From assembly GCF_009914755.1 (NCBI RefSeq), contig NC_060925.1: a stretch of 64,000 bases of DNA, one strand, 5' to 3'. Numbering within the stretch: position 1 is the first letter of the stretch; the number at the start of each line of letters is the position of its first letter. The notes under the pieces are model-generated. The model worked only from the letters and a program-made list of their open reading frames with translations, did not search any database and had not been told where the DNA came from. Below, in pieces: positions 42,501-64,000 of this stretch. A program made the translations under genes and the position numbers. Source of the stretch: the human T2T-CHM13v2.0 reference genome, Homo sapiens.

Positions 42501-43417
42501 GGCTAAATGAGATTTTACACAGAAACAATAACACCACTACTGTATATCTGCCTAGGTTTAGACTTTTTTGGTGTCTGTATACTTTTTAAAGAGTACAAAA
42601 TGCACACAGAAGAGTACCAAAATCATATACAGTTGAGTCTTGAACAACATGGGGGTTAGGTGTGCCAACTCCACATGAATTAGAAAAGCCACATATAACT
42701 GCTGACTCTCCAAAAACTTAACTACTAATATTCTATGGCTGACTAGTAGCCTTACCAGTAAATAAACTGTCAGTTAACACATATTTTGTATGTTATATGT
42801 CTTCTTAACAATAAGCCACAGAAAATGCTATTAAGAAAATCATAAGATAAAATACATGTATAGTACTGTACTGTATTTATTGATGCTGTATGTTTATGTT
42901 GCCTGTTTCCAAGATGAATCATCTGTTTGAAATGGTGGCTACTGTGGTGGCAGACCTCAAGTTATGGTACATATCAAGCAACTTAACTTTTTCTTGTAAT
43001 GTCATACTTTCCTTCTCGGGAACACTTCCAGCATCACTAGTGGCATTTTGTATGGGCCCCCCTTGTGTTATTCAAGGTTTATGGTAGTGTACTAAACACA
43101 TAAAATACACAAGAACTGCGAGATCACTTTTTAACTGTAATACACAATTTACTGGAGGGACAAACTGCTCATGTAGAGATGACCAGCATCACCTGGCACT
43201 TTAAGCACAGACTGGCAACACTTGAGCTCACTGTAATAGCAACAGGAGTTATATACAAAATTACTACAGAACAGTATGTACTACAGTTAATTTTACGCAG
43301 TTATGATTTAATATTGCATTTTTACAATCGTTTACACTTTTCTCAGCTTTGGTGCCATGAACGGTCTGTGTTTGAGTGTATAAGTTTTGATAAATTTTAA
43401 CTTTTTATAATAGATTT

Positions 43418-43572
43418 ATTGGGGGGGGAGGGTGGAGGGATAGCATTAGGAGATAAACCTAATGTAAATGATGAGTTAATGGCTGCAGCACACAAACATG
43501 GCACATGTATACATATGTAACAAACCTGCATGTTGTGCACATGTAACCTAGAACTTAGAGTATAATTAAAAA
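43418..43572 (+). mobile_element. Short 5'-truncated L1PA 3' end
   Basis: GGGATAGCATTAGGAGA...CCTAGAACTTAGAGTATAAT; TSD AATAGATTT at 43409-43417 and 43573-43581. Confidence 0.85.
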
Positions 43573-43766
43573 AATAGATTTGTCTGTATTTTATGATGGT
43601 AAATGATGAAATAGACTAGTATCTACATATATTTTATGCATTCATGACATGTAACTTTTCCTTAATTTTTTGATATTTCTAGGCTGCAAAACTGAGTTTT
43701 TTTCAAGTTGTCAGGAATCTCCAAAATATTTTCCAATATATTCATTTAAAAAAAAACCCTGCATAT

Positions 43767-47671
<3,905 letters not shown>

Positions 47672-48209
47672 AAAAAAACCCTGCATATAAGTGGACACAC
47701 ACAGTTCACACCTATGTTGTTCAAGGGTCAACTGTATATAAATTTTCTTAAGGAAATTTATCCATGTAACTAGCACATATCAACAATCAGGTCATTATTA
47801 GACTCTCAGAAGCACGCGTGCCCTGTTAACCCCTTCTAGTTGCCTGCTACCTCCTTACTTCACCCAAGGTAATCATTATCCCCTTTACTAATGCTAGAGA
47901 GAAGTTTTTCCCATTTTTGGCCTTTATATAAATGGAAACCATACTGTATGTACTCTTTTGTGTCTGGCATCTCAGCTCAGTAGCATGTGTAAGATTCATT
48001 TACATTATTGCATGTAGATGTAGCTCATTCTCACTGCTGTATAGTATTCTAGCAGATGAACATCACAGATTATTACTAACCAGAGCTCATAATTTCTGAA
48101 TCTGAAGGTCCCAATGTTTAAATCAATTCTAGGAATTATTAGTAAGTATATCTTCAAATATTAATTTTTTGCAATCTCTCCTTCTGGAACTATTAAAAAT
48201 ACTGAACTT

Positions 48210-49382
<1,173 letters not shown>

Positions 49383-51496
49383 TTAATGTCTCTTTACATT
49401 TATCATTTCTTTACCTTTCTGTGCTGCCTTTTTGGCAATTTCTTTAGACAAATATTTTCACCAAATTTTTTTTAACTTGTGTCAATTCTTCACTTTAACT
49501 TATCCGCTGTAAAATTTCTGTATTTTTTTAATTTACATAAGTTCTATTTGGTTCTCTTCCAAATCTGCCTGTTCTTTTTTGGAATGTCTTTTCTTGTGTT
49601 TTTGATTCCTTGATTTTATACAGACTTATTCTGATAATTTTTATCCAAGTTTTACTGAAGTTCCTCAAAGTCTAATACTGTAGTTTACTATGTCTGCTGT
49701 CATTCACTCAAGTGTATTTTGTAATTTTGGATTGTGAACAATATTATTCTCAGTGGGGCTTCATTCTGGACGAACTTTGTACTGTATAGGTTGAGGATGT
49801 GTTTCTCAAGGGAAGTTTAGCATTCATCAGCCCAGTACACTTATGTTAATTTCTTGACTTGAGGATTCCTGAAATAATCAGAATATAAATGTGAACCCGA
49901 AACTTATAGGGCTTTTGTTTCCACTCAAATGCTAGTCTGAAGCAGAGAAGCTTCTTTGTCTTCTTTTTACCAATAGGCCAACTTGTTCTAATCTCTACCC
50001 CTTTGCCTCCTCTTTTAAACGAAGGATATAGCCTTTTGAAGGTCCTGGCTCATGTGCAGGATCTCAGTTTTGAGTCCTGATTACTTCTAGTTCAAGAGGT
50101 CTTATTTCCAGGTTGCGTTGGCATTGAAATCCAAGCTCAGAGTTCTCCCAGTTAGAGTGTTTGCTCACCCATTTACCGCTATAGATACTGGGTTCTTTAT
50201 TGGGTGGGAAGTAAATGAATCTGGGGACATCTCTTATCTTAAAAAGAATGTTTGATGTATTTTATCCAGCAAATAGTAGGCATTCAAATATTTGTTGAAT
50301 GAATGAAATATAATTAAGGTGTATCATATTCATAGTACTAATAGAACCTTTAAAATAATTTAACTTTTGAACAGATAATATATGCATATAGGTCCAATAC
50401 AGAAGTTATAAAAGGGTTTACAGAAAAAGGTTTTCATCTTATTCGTGTATTTCTAGCCCCACAGCTCCTCTTCCCTAAGGCAATTAACATTATTAGCTTT
50501 TTATGTATCCTCCCAGAGATATATATTTACTAGCAAGTATGTATAGATATATTCATGGCAGCACACTATATACACCGTGCTACACCTTAACCTTTTTGTT
50601 CAACAATATATGTTAAGAGATTTTTCTGTACCAGTACATAAAGAAAACAGAGCTTATTTGAATCCAGTCAGAAATGCTTTTTGAAAAATCCCTACCCTGT
50701 TGCTATCTATAAATGCATTTTAAATATATCAAACTTAAATGGACACATTCCTACATCCATAAAGGCATTCACTCCTAATGGTTAACTAGGGATGACAGAG
50801 TGACTCATCTAAATTCTCAAGAGCACATTCAATCTGGTTTAGCTGTTGCTACAGTTTCTGGAAGGGAGAAATAAAAGGAAAACACAGCACATGCCACAGA
50901 GAAGGCACTGAAAAACACCTGAATGAGGGAATGAAAGAAGGAATAAGGGGATGGAAATAAGAGCTGATTCAGCAGGGCATGTGGGTGCACTGGCAGTGGT
51001 TGTCTTTATAAGCAGAGCAGTGAACTCTAGACCGTAGGGCAAATATTGTGGAGTAAAAGAAGGCTGGCATCTTGAAGCAAGGCATCAGGAAAAATGAGTA
51101 GCCTTGAATTTTGTGCTGAAGGCCTCACAACCACTGTGAAGAGTTTATTTTTCCTCTTTTTTGACTCTCCGGTTATTTGACTTAAGCCTGGTTATCCCAG
51201 ATTGCCATCATAGCTGTGGGGGTGGCTGAGACAAATTTTTTTCTGGGTGGAAAATTAGGGTTTAGAACAGCCAGCTCTTGATAATACAAGAGGAATCATA
51301 TGACAGAAATACTATATAAACATGTTTGAGGAGTAAGTGATGTGAATGCTGTGGAAGGAGGTATGGGAAAGCATTAATTTTTCTGTCTTTTCCTAGTAAA
51401 TATAGACACATGGGTTTGAATTTCCAATTCCCTTAGGCAAGCTTGTTAATCTCTTTGAGTTTTGGTTTCCTCATTTATAAAAAAAAATAACTACTA

Positions 51497-51762
51497 CATA
51501 TGCTTTGGGAGACTGATGTGGGAAAATTGCTGGAGGCCAAGAATTTGAGACCAGCCTGGGCTAGATCCTGTCTCAACAAAAACAAAATAACTTAGCCAGG
51601 TGTAGTGGTGCGTGCCTGTAGTCCCAGCTGCTTGGGAGGCTGAGGCAGAAGGATTGCTCAAGCACAGGAGTTCAAGGCTGCAGTGAGCCATGATTGCGCC
51701 ACTACACTCTAGCCTGGGCGACAAGAGTGAAACACTGACTCACAAACAAACAAACAAAAAAA
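51497..51762 (+). mobile_element. Alu (AluJ-like, 5'-eroded)
   Basis: Forward Alu with (CAAA)n tail. Confidence 0.8.
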
Positions 51763-52287
51763 CCCTACTAGAGGCCTATTTATAGACAGGGGCTTACAGA
51801 TTAAATAGTTTATTATTTTACTATTTTATATGCTCATTTTAATGGTTCTTTCAAAGGCATTTGATACCATAAAATATGTATTTGTATGTGCATATATGTA
51901 TATATGTGCAATTTTAATTAACAAATATTACAAGCATGGCATGCAGAGGAATAGAGAGGCTAATAAAACAAGTTGTTGACTACTACAAATATGCTTCAAT
52001 AAATGTTCTAAATCATGTTTCATTATACAGATGTTCAGGAGTTTTTCTCTGGTATGTACCTAGAACCAGAATTACTGGGTTGTAGAGTATGTGTACCTTG
52101 AACTTTACTAAATCTTACTAAACTGATCTCAAAATGGCTGTAACAGTTGACACTCTCATCAGCAATGTATGAGAATTCTTGTTGTTCTACAGCCTAATAT
52201 TAATATTTGTAGACATTTACATGTTGCCAATCTGATCGGTATGAAGTTGTATCTAAATGTTTTAATCTGCATTCCCCAATTAATTAT

Positions 52288-52987
<700 letters not shown>

Positions 52988-53159
52988 TAGCTGGAGGCAA
53001 GGCAGAAAATGTTTGTCCTGCTTCTCCCAGGAAGAAAGCCCTCTGACTAGCAGCTGGGAGGAGAGGGAGCTCTGTGTTCTTGGCTACAGCATTGTGGAGT
53101 GGAGTCTCCACATCACTGACCTGGGAAGACAGAAAGGAGGGAGTAATCTTGGTTCAAAT

Positions 53160-54660
53160 ATCACAAAGTTTTCCTTCTTACCAAATTTTTGTAGATTTTC
53201 TTGAATAGATGTCTCTTCATTTGCTTTTTGTCCTTAGTACCATTTCTAGAAGCTATTAAATGTCTGTAGTTCCAAAAATAATTTTCACCAGTTTGACAAG
53301 GGAGCATATCAGTGGAGCTTCTCACATTGTCATGTTGGAAGTCAGTCTCTGCCTTCATTATTATAGCTGTAAGATAACATCTTGATATTTGGAAGAACAA
53401 GTCCTTCTTTCTTGTTTTTCTTCAAATTGCCTTAGATATTCCTGGCTCCTTTATCTTCCATATGAATTTTAGGGCAAAGCTTGTTAAATTCCACAAAGTA
53501 TCTGCTGGAATTCTTATGAAAATTCTCTGAATTTGTAGTTTGACTTGGCAGAAATGATCTTTATGAAATCGAGTCTTCCTATTCATTAACATAGATTATT
53601 TCTCCTTCTACTTAGGTCCTTTAAAAATGTCTTTTAAAAATTCTATTTTTTTCTATGAAGGTTTTACGTGCCTTTTGTTAGGTTGAGTCCTAGGATTTTG
53701 TTGCTATTGTAAATAATATTGGAAAAATGTTTTAAATTTTTTTTAGCTTTTTACAATAATGCTTAAGAATAAACTTAAAAAAACTAATGCATTCAGCATC
53801 CCTGCTAAATTGTATAGTTTTTATAATTTGTAGAGTTTCTTGGATTTCTGTGTAGCTAACTGTATTGTTTGAGAATGATGATGATTTTGTTTCATCCATC
53901 TCATGTACCTTTTATTTATTTTGTTTTTCATTTTGTGTTATCTACAATTCTAATACAGTATTGAAGAGACACAGTTATGGTATGCATGTTTTTCTTGTTT
54001 CGGATTTTAAAGAAAATGCTTCACACATTCCATCTTTAATAATAATGTTTGCTCTGGGTTTTTGATGAGTAAATCAGGCCATGGAAGTCTCCTTCTATTC
54101 CTAGTTTAAGAGCTTTTATCATAAAAATAATTAACTAACATTTATTGAGTATATGCCAGGTGTCAGACATTGTTCCAAGCACTTTACACAGATTAACTCA
54201 TTATAACAAATCTCTGAAGTTACTATCCCTATTTCATCATGAGTAAACTGAGGTACAGTGTAAGTTAAGTATTTTATCCCAGGTCAGGGGTAGAACTAGA
54301 ATTTGAACGCAGAAGTCTGGCTTACGAGCAGGCTTAATTAACTACTTTACCACTCTTAAAATGAGTGTTGAACATCCTCAAATGCTTTTTTCTGCATTTG
54401 ATTTGATCATACAGTTTTTTTACCTAATTTGCTGATGTGGAAGGTTACATTAATAGATTTTTTAAATGTTAAGTCATCCTTGAATTCCTGGGATGAACCC
54501 AACTTGGTCAGCACATATCTTTCTTTCTTTTAAAAATATGTTGATGGATTTCATTTGCTAATATTTTATTTCAGATTTTTGCATCTATGCTCATAAGTAA
54601 GACTGACTCACAATTTTCCTTTCTCCTGCTGGTTTTGGTAAACAGGTTATGCTAGACAAA
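53160..54660 (-). mobile_element. Old L1M fragments (with an internal MIR at ~54135-54350)
   Basis: Reverse L1 ORF2 motifs (TTCCATATGAATTTTAGG; TTCATTTGCTAATATTTT). Confidence 0.6.
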
Positions 54661-55632
54661 TTCATAAGTGAGTTGAGGCTGGCAGTTGGTGACAGACATT
54701 TCAACCTCAATTATTAGGCTGACATATGTAGGTAGTATAATAGCTAGTCCAATAGGTTAAGACTCCTAGATAGCACAGCGAGGTTTCTCCAGCATTATCC
54801 CTCCAGAATGATTTGGCTTTTGTTTCCGCCAAGCATCCCAGAAACACTATCAGCTTGAAATACCTTAGTTGATTTTTTAGCTTGGGATTTTTGAACACTT
54901 GAGTGCAAATTTAAAGTCCAAAGCAGTAGACAAAAGTGTCCAGGGTCATTTGAGCCACTTGTTACTGAATCGCAGTCTAAGGTTGCCAAGACTGGCAAGT
55001 GTATTCCTTCCCAAAAGGTTGATCCATAATGTGGTGTAAATACCGATGGCTGTCTTTCATTCAGCCATATTCACACCCAAATAGAATCTTTTTTCTTTGG
55101 AGACAGGGTCTGTGTTGCTCAGGCTGGCCTCAAACTCCTGGATTTGAGTGATCCTCCTGCCTCAGCCTCCTGGTAGCTGGGACTACAGACGTGCACCACT
55201 GCGCCCAACTCTACACAGACTCTTTAAATCATATTTACTAGGACTTTACATTTTACAAAATACTGTAATATCTTTTATCTCACTGAATTTACCAAGCAGC
55301 TCTCTAAGAGCCATATTATTTCCATCTTACAGATTTTTTTCTATTTTACAGATTACTTAAGCTAATCAGTTAGTAGGAGAAATTAGTTAAAAAATCAAAT
55401 TTCTTTTTCTTCAATTAGATCAAGAAAATATTTCTTGTAGGAGAGATGCTAGATTTTACAGTGACCATGATTTTAACATCTTTCTTGTCACTCATTAATA
55501 GAACTAAGAATGAAATAATGAATTTTCAAAGGGGGCTAGCACGGTCTCTATTTCTGTTGCTAGTATAGAAACAATTTATTATAAATGTGACCATAAGAAT
55601 TTTAATACATCTTCAACTTACTAAGTTATTAA

Positions 55633-55925
<293 letters not shown>

Positions 55926-56072
55926 TAATACATTTTTTTGAACAAAAAGTTATTGTATCTCTGCTAGCTGCCAGGTACCTATCTAAGCACTATATAGGAA
56001 TGGACAAAGTTGAAATAAACAAATAGAGAATATGTTCAAATATGATTACTTAATAATTTAGAAACTTCTTAC

Positions 56073-56103
56073 CATAATGTAGAGCTGTTTGGCCTTCATT
56101 GTC
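56073..56103 (-). CDS. ACBD6: ACBD6 penultimate 31-nt exon
   Basis: TTTGTTTCTTTTATAG acceptor and GTAAGA donor on -; encodes DNEGQTALHY plus G, the start of an ankyrin repeat, in phase with the exon at 29903. Confidence 0.93.
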
Positions 56104-57692
56104 CTATAAAAGAAACAAATAATACATTTTAGAAGTCTAAGTAATTGCAAAAGTATGAAAGTACATAAACTGTAGCAAATTTATCTGATATACCAAAGTT
56201 CCATAGGTTTATCAGACTTAGGAAAAGAAGTCAGTTAACTGAGCTTCACCGTAACTTTTGACCAAGCTCACCATCCTGAAGAATAAAGAATGATAACTTG
56301 TGCACTGTAGCAGCTACAATGGAGTAACAGGATGACCAGTTACTCCAGATATCTGCAGGTAATAATCCAAAGAGAAATTCTTAAAGTGAGGCAGTTTGGT
56401 TACCTAGTTCATGGCAGAAAAATTGACACTATGTCTCATTTATCTTGGCCAGTATTAGGATTTTTTTTTTCCTAAGCTTGTCCCCAAATCTATCTAGCGA
56501 TTCTGTGATTTATAGTGGATAGCTTTTTATCCCTTTTCAAAGACTCACAAATTCCAGGCTAATAACACCGGGTTTCATAACCAGATCAAATATCATAAAG
56601 TAATGTGATTTCAAAGCATACAAAGTCCCAGAAGTTGTTAAGAAAGCCAAAAGTTGCCATAGAATACTTAGGAAATTCCAACATTTCAGTTATTTTCCTT
56701 TAAAACCAAGAAAACTATATATACTATTAATTGTAGTGCAGTTGAGTACTTTTTAGCAATGCCACCTCTTAAAACTGAGAGCAGCTAATCACATTACATG
56801 AGCAACAAATAATCAAAGTACACAAGTGAAAAGCACAATTTAGTAATTAACTTCATAAGCACTTTGTAATATGCATGGCCGTCATGCCCCTGGTAATTGA
56901 GAATAAATGTGAAACTGTTAATCTGAATAACTTGGAAGGGTGATGTTATGCCAGCCAAACTATTCTTGGGTACCCATATCTGCTTTTCCCACTTCCTAAC
57001 AGCTGAATGTAGGGGTGGAGGTTGGCTCTGGAACTTTTTGGCAATGGGTCTCCCTATTTATCTCCTAGAAAGAAAAGCAAGAAGCTGCCACAGAGAACTT
57101 ATTTTATGGTTCAGATAGGTAGTAAGAAAAAAGTCATGGCAGGGGGACAACCTTGAGGCAATGTAGTTTGTTTTCCTACTGTGGAATGAAGGTCTGATTG
57201 GATTTGGAGGTAAGGTGCTTATTACATGGGAGAGAGGAGATATGAAAGAAGTAATTTTAGCAGGGAGTCAGGGTAGGGTACACTTGGCTAAGATGCAACT
57301 ATGCTAAGTTTGGGATGTCCAGGAAGCATCATAAAGATAATAAACTCTAAGAAAAGTAAAAGATGGAAAGCAGCATGAAAAAGTCAGGAAACACAAGAGA
57401 TCATTTTTGCCTACTTTTTTTTCTTGTCTTTTTAGATACAACCTTTATCTTGCTCCCCTTTGACCTGCCCTGCCCTTGAGATTAAGGACAGGTAGGGGAA
57501 GAGAGCTAAGGCAGCTATAGTGAATAGTATCTGAGTGATTCTTATGCAGGGCAGCCTGACAATGTGAAGTTCTGCTCAAGAGAATGTTGTCTTGATTGGG
57601 AAAGCTAAGGGCAATTTCAAAAGAACAGTACTGACCATTATGGCTTAAGACTCATATCTATATTTGTCAGCTTCCAATGTTAATCAATGAAA

Positions 57693-57735
57693 GTGTGTGT
57701 GTGTGTGCGTGAGTGCGCACACACACACACACACA
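57693..57735. repeat. (GT)n-(CA)n self-complementary microsatellite
   Basis: GTGTGTGTGTGTGTGCG-TGAGTG-CGCACACACACACACAC. Confidence 0.95.
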
Positions 57736-58599
57736 TACATGCAAACTCCTGATGGGTTTATGCATTCACATTTATAGTTTAAATGTGAATGTCCTGCATT
57801 AGGAAGCAATTTCAGAAAAAGCTTAATCTACTGCAATTTCAGGATTCTACTTAGGCATCCATCATGCAAGGTTGTATTTTCCACAATTATGTATCTTTAG
57901 AAAGCATAGTTCTTTCACTATTTGTGCATAACTTTCATGTTTAATCACTGTGTTCATATATACTTAAAGTTCATTTCCTTTCAATTTCTAATTCTTCATC
58001 TTGACTATGGAGGTGGAAGAAAGCATAATCTATTTCTTTTAATCACATTTACCAGTGAATACTAAATCTATATCTCTACCTCAATTTCTAATTAATTAGT
58101 TAAAAATAGTTACTGAGCTCCAATTATGTTCCAGTCACTGTTCTAGGCACTGGAAACAATGAAATGAATGAGACAGAGGTCTCTAATGTTATAAATCTTA
58201 TGTTGTAGTGGCTAGGGAATCAATAAGCAAATAAATATATTTAATACTAGGAAGTGATGAGTACGCTGGAAAACAATCAAAACAGAGTGAGAGACGAGAC
58301 TGATGTGGGTGCTATTTTAGATAGAAAGGACTCTATAAGAAGGTATGTTTACACGGAGAACTGGGGAAGATACTAAGGTGGTCATGCAACCCAAAATGGG
58401 CAAATCACAGCACTGGTCATCTTCCTTGTCTGAAAGTATGCAAGTTACTCAAGCCAAGACAATTAGTTTTCTTTCAAAATTTTTCAAAATGGAGCTATAA
58501 GATAGAAGTGTGCGCACACAGAAGGTTCTTTCCTCTCTGATCAAAAGTAAAGGGTGCAACCCTATAAATACGTACAATTATTATGTGTCAATTTTAAAA

Positions 58600-58920
58600 A
58601 AGAGAGTGTGGTCAAAGAAGCTAGACACAAAAGGACAAATATTGTGTGATTCCATTTATAAGAGATACCTAGAGTAGTCAAATTCATAGGAACATGAAAT
58701 AGAATAGTGGTTACCAGGGGCAGGGAGGAGGGAAGCATGGGGAGTTCTTGTCTAATGGGTACAGAGTTTCAGTTTGGGATGGTGGAAAAGTTCTGGAGAT
58801 GAACAGTGGTGATAACTGCACAATAATGTGAATGTACTTAATGCCACTGAACTGTACATGTAAAAATGGTTAAAATGGTAAATTCCAAATATATTTTACC
58901 ACAATAAAAAAGAAAGAAAA
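58600..58920 (+). mobile_element. L1MB-type 3' end
   Basis: ACAAAAGGACAAATATTGTGTGATTCCATTTAT...AATGTACTTAATGCCACTGAACTGTAC. Confidence 0.75.
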
Positions 58921-59274
58921 TTAGAAAAGGGTATGAGCCAAAAACTGCAAGTGGCAATGTTCTCTACTTTGGGGTGAAAATCAGTCTGCAGTAGAAGAGA
59001 ATAAGTATTCACAAAGAAAAAAGTAGTGGTGAGACATGGAGAGAGAATGAGGGTCTCTGGTTCTTGTCATTTCAACAATATTTTTTCTTGGTTAGGTAAG
59101 CCAATAACAGCAAAATACTCCCTAGACAAGTGTGATCTTTTTGTCACTTGTAAACAAGAGTCTTCACTAACCCAGAATGCAAGGCATTTCATGAACCAAG
59201 CCTTGCTCATCTCTCTCCCAATACCTTCTCTTCCCAATTTTGTGACTGCCAATTCCTATAAGAATACTTATCTG

Positions 59275-59585
59275 GGGCCTGGAGCGGTGGCTCATGCCTG
59301 TAATCCTGGCACTTTGGGAGGCCAAGGTGGGCGGATTGCCTGAGCTCAGCAGTTCCAGACCAGCCTGGGCAACATGATGAAACCTTGTCTCTACTAAAAT
59401 ACAAAAAATTAGCCAGGCGTTGGTGGCTTGTGTCTGTAGTCCCAGCTACTCGGGATTGCTTGAACCCAGGAGATGGAGGTTGCAGTGAGCTGAGATAGCG
59501 CCACTGCACTCCAGCCTGGGTGACAGAGTAAGATTCCATCTCCGCCCCCCCCCCCCCAAAAAAAAAAGAAAGAAAGAAAAAAAAG
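59275..59585 (+). mobile_element. Alu (AluS-like)
   Basis: Forward Alu with a poly(C) then A-rich tail. Confidence 0.9.
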
Positions 59586-60734
59586 GAATATTTATCTGGA
59601 CTCCCATAGCTGTGAATGCTCCTTGCTCTGTCTGGAAACTGTCCCTCAACATTTTAAAGATAAAACCTTGCTCTTTTCTCATGTTTAAAAAATTCTTTGA
59701 TATATTTGAACATTTTAAATTGACTTATTTTATAGTCCCTATATTTCTTTTATTTGAACTGAGGGAGGGGAAGCAGAGTGATGTTTGTTGTGCTGGCTGA
59801 CACCTACTTATTGATTCCTATATGCTTTTTGATTCTGGACTATAAGTTTATTTTAAGGGGGGTTTTATCTTTGAAAAAATCTGTACTGTGCTCCCTAGAT
59901 TGAGGGTCTGTCCCTCCAGAATAATTTTGCTTTTGTTTCTGTCAAGCATCCCAGATATATTATCAGCTTAAGATCACTTAGTTGACTTCTTAGCGGGATT
60001 TTTGAAAACTTAAGAAGTGCAAATTTAAAAAGAGCAAACCCACCTTCACCGCCACCCCAACCCCGGACTTGGAGCACAGGCTAAGACAAACTCTCTATGC
60101 CAATTCTGTCAGTGGGTAGAATTTTTCAGTCTACTCTGAGGGTGGTTGGTATTATTTGAGATCTCTACCCCATAGGTATTGAGACTGCCAAATCCTTTCA
60201 GAGCAGCCCAGTGTTGGTTTAAACTTACCACTTTGTTTTTAAAGCTTTGTTTATTTAAAAAACTATTTTAAAGCTTCCTATTTTGTTTTTAGCTATGCTT
60301 ATTTTGGCCCTTGGAGAGTTGAGTTGCTTTTTTGTAAGCTTGTCTATGCATTTAAAGAGGTGCTTATTATATTTTATTCTGCATTTCTGAGTGTTTTGTG
60401 GTGGGAGAATTTTGAGATTATTATTAGTCTGGAATCCTGCAGGAAAATGAAATCCCCCAACCTTTAAGACTCAGTTCACCTTCTTAAGGAAACCTCCCCT
60501 GACTCCTCAAGTACGGTTAGGTGCTCCTCTTTTCTACTACTGTGGCACAACACATACTTTATGTTCTTATCTATCTCTTCCACTGAGACTATAAACTTCT
60601 TGTAGGCAAGTACTACGTCTTTCATCCAGTGCCTAGCTCAGTGTCTTGCATATACTGTGTGCTCAATAAATGTTCATGAAATGAGAGAATGAATACACTA
60701 CTTTAATTTTTCCTCACTGTTTTTCTTTAAACTC

Positions 60735-64000
<3,266 letters not shown>

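Overview
This is human (primate) genomic DNA, recognisable as the 1q25 LHX4/ACBD6 locus. The + strand carries the last four coding exons of the LIM-homeodomain gene LHX4 (second LIM domain, homeodomain, C-terminus) and a 3' UTR of about 4.4 kb with proximal and distal poly(A) signals. The - strand carries the last two exons of ACBD6 (a 31-nt exon and the terminal ankyrin-repeat exon), converging tail-to-tail with LHX4 about 9 kb away. The rest is intronic or intergenic and rich in Alu, L1, L2, MIR, Tigger/MER and LTR40 relics. I found no prokaryotic features and cannot support a wholly new biological system. The most notable structures are: (1) a ~220-bp templated insertion inside an Alu head, with a 47-bp duplication, microhomologies and strongly GC-skewed divergence from its donor; (2) a ~1-kb TSD-flanked 3'-UTR-like retrocopy in an LHX4 intron; (3) a cluster of miR-218 seed sites mostly confined to the long LHX4 3' UTR; (4) a TAAT-dense candidate enhancer; (5) a candidate antisense/read-through exon and poly(A) site; and (6) a nested Tigger2 containing a twin-primed, 5'-inverted L1. 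Repeat subfamily names and boundaries were read by eye and are approximate.
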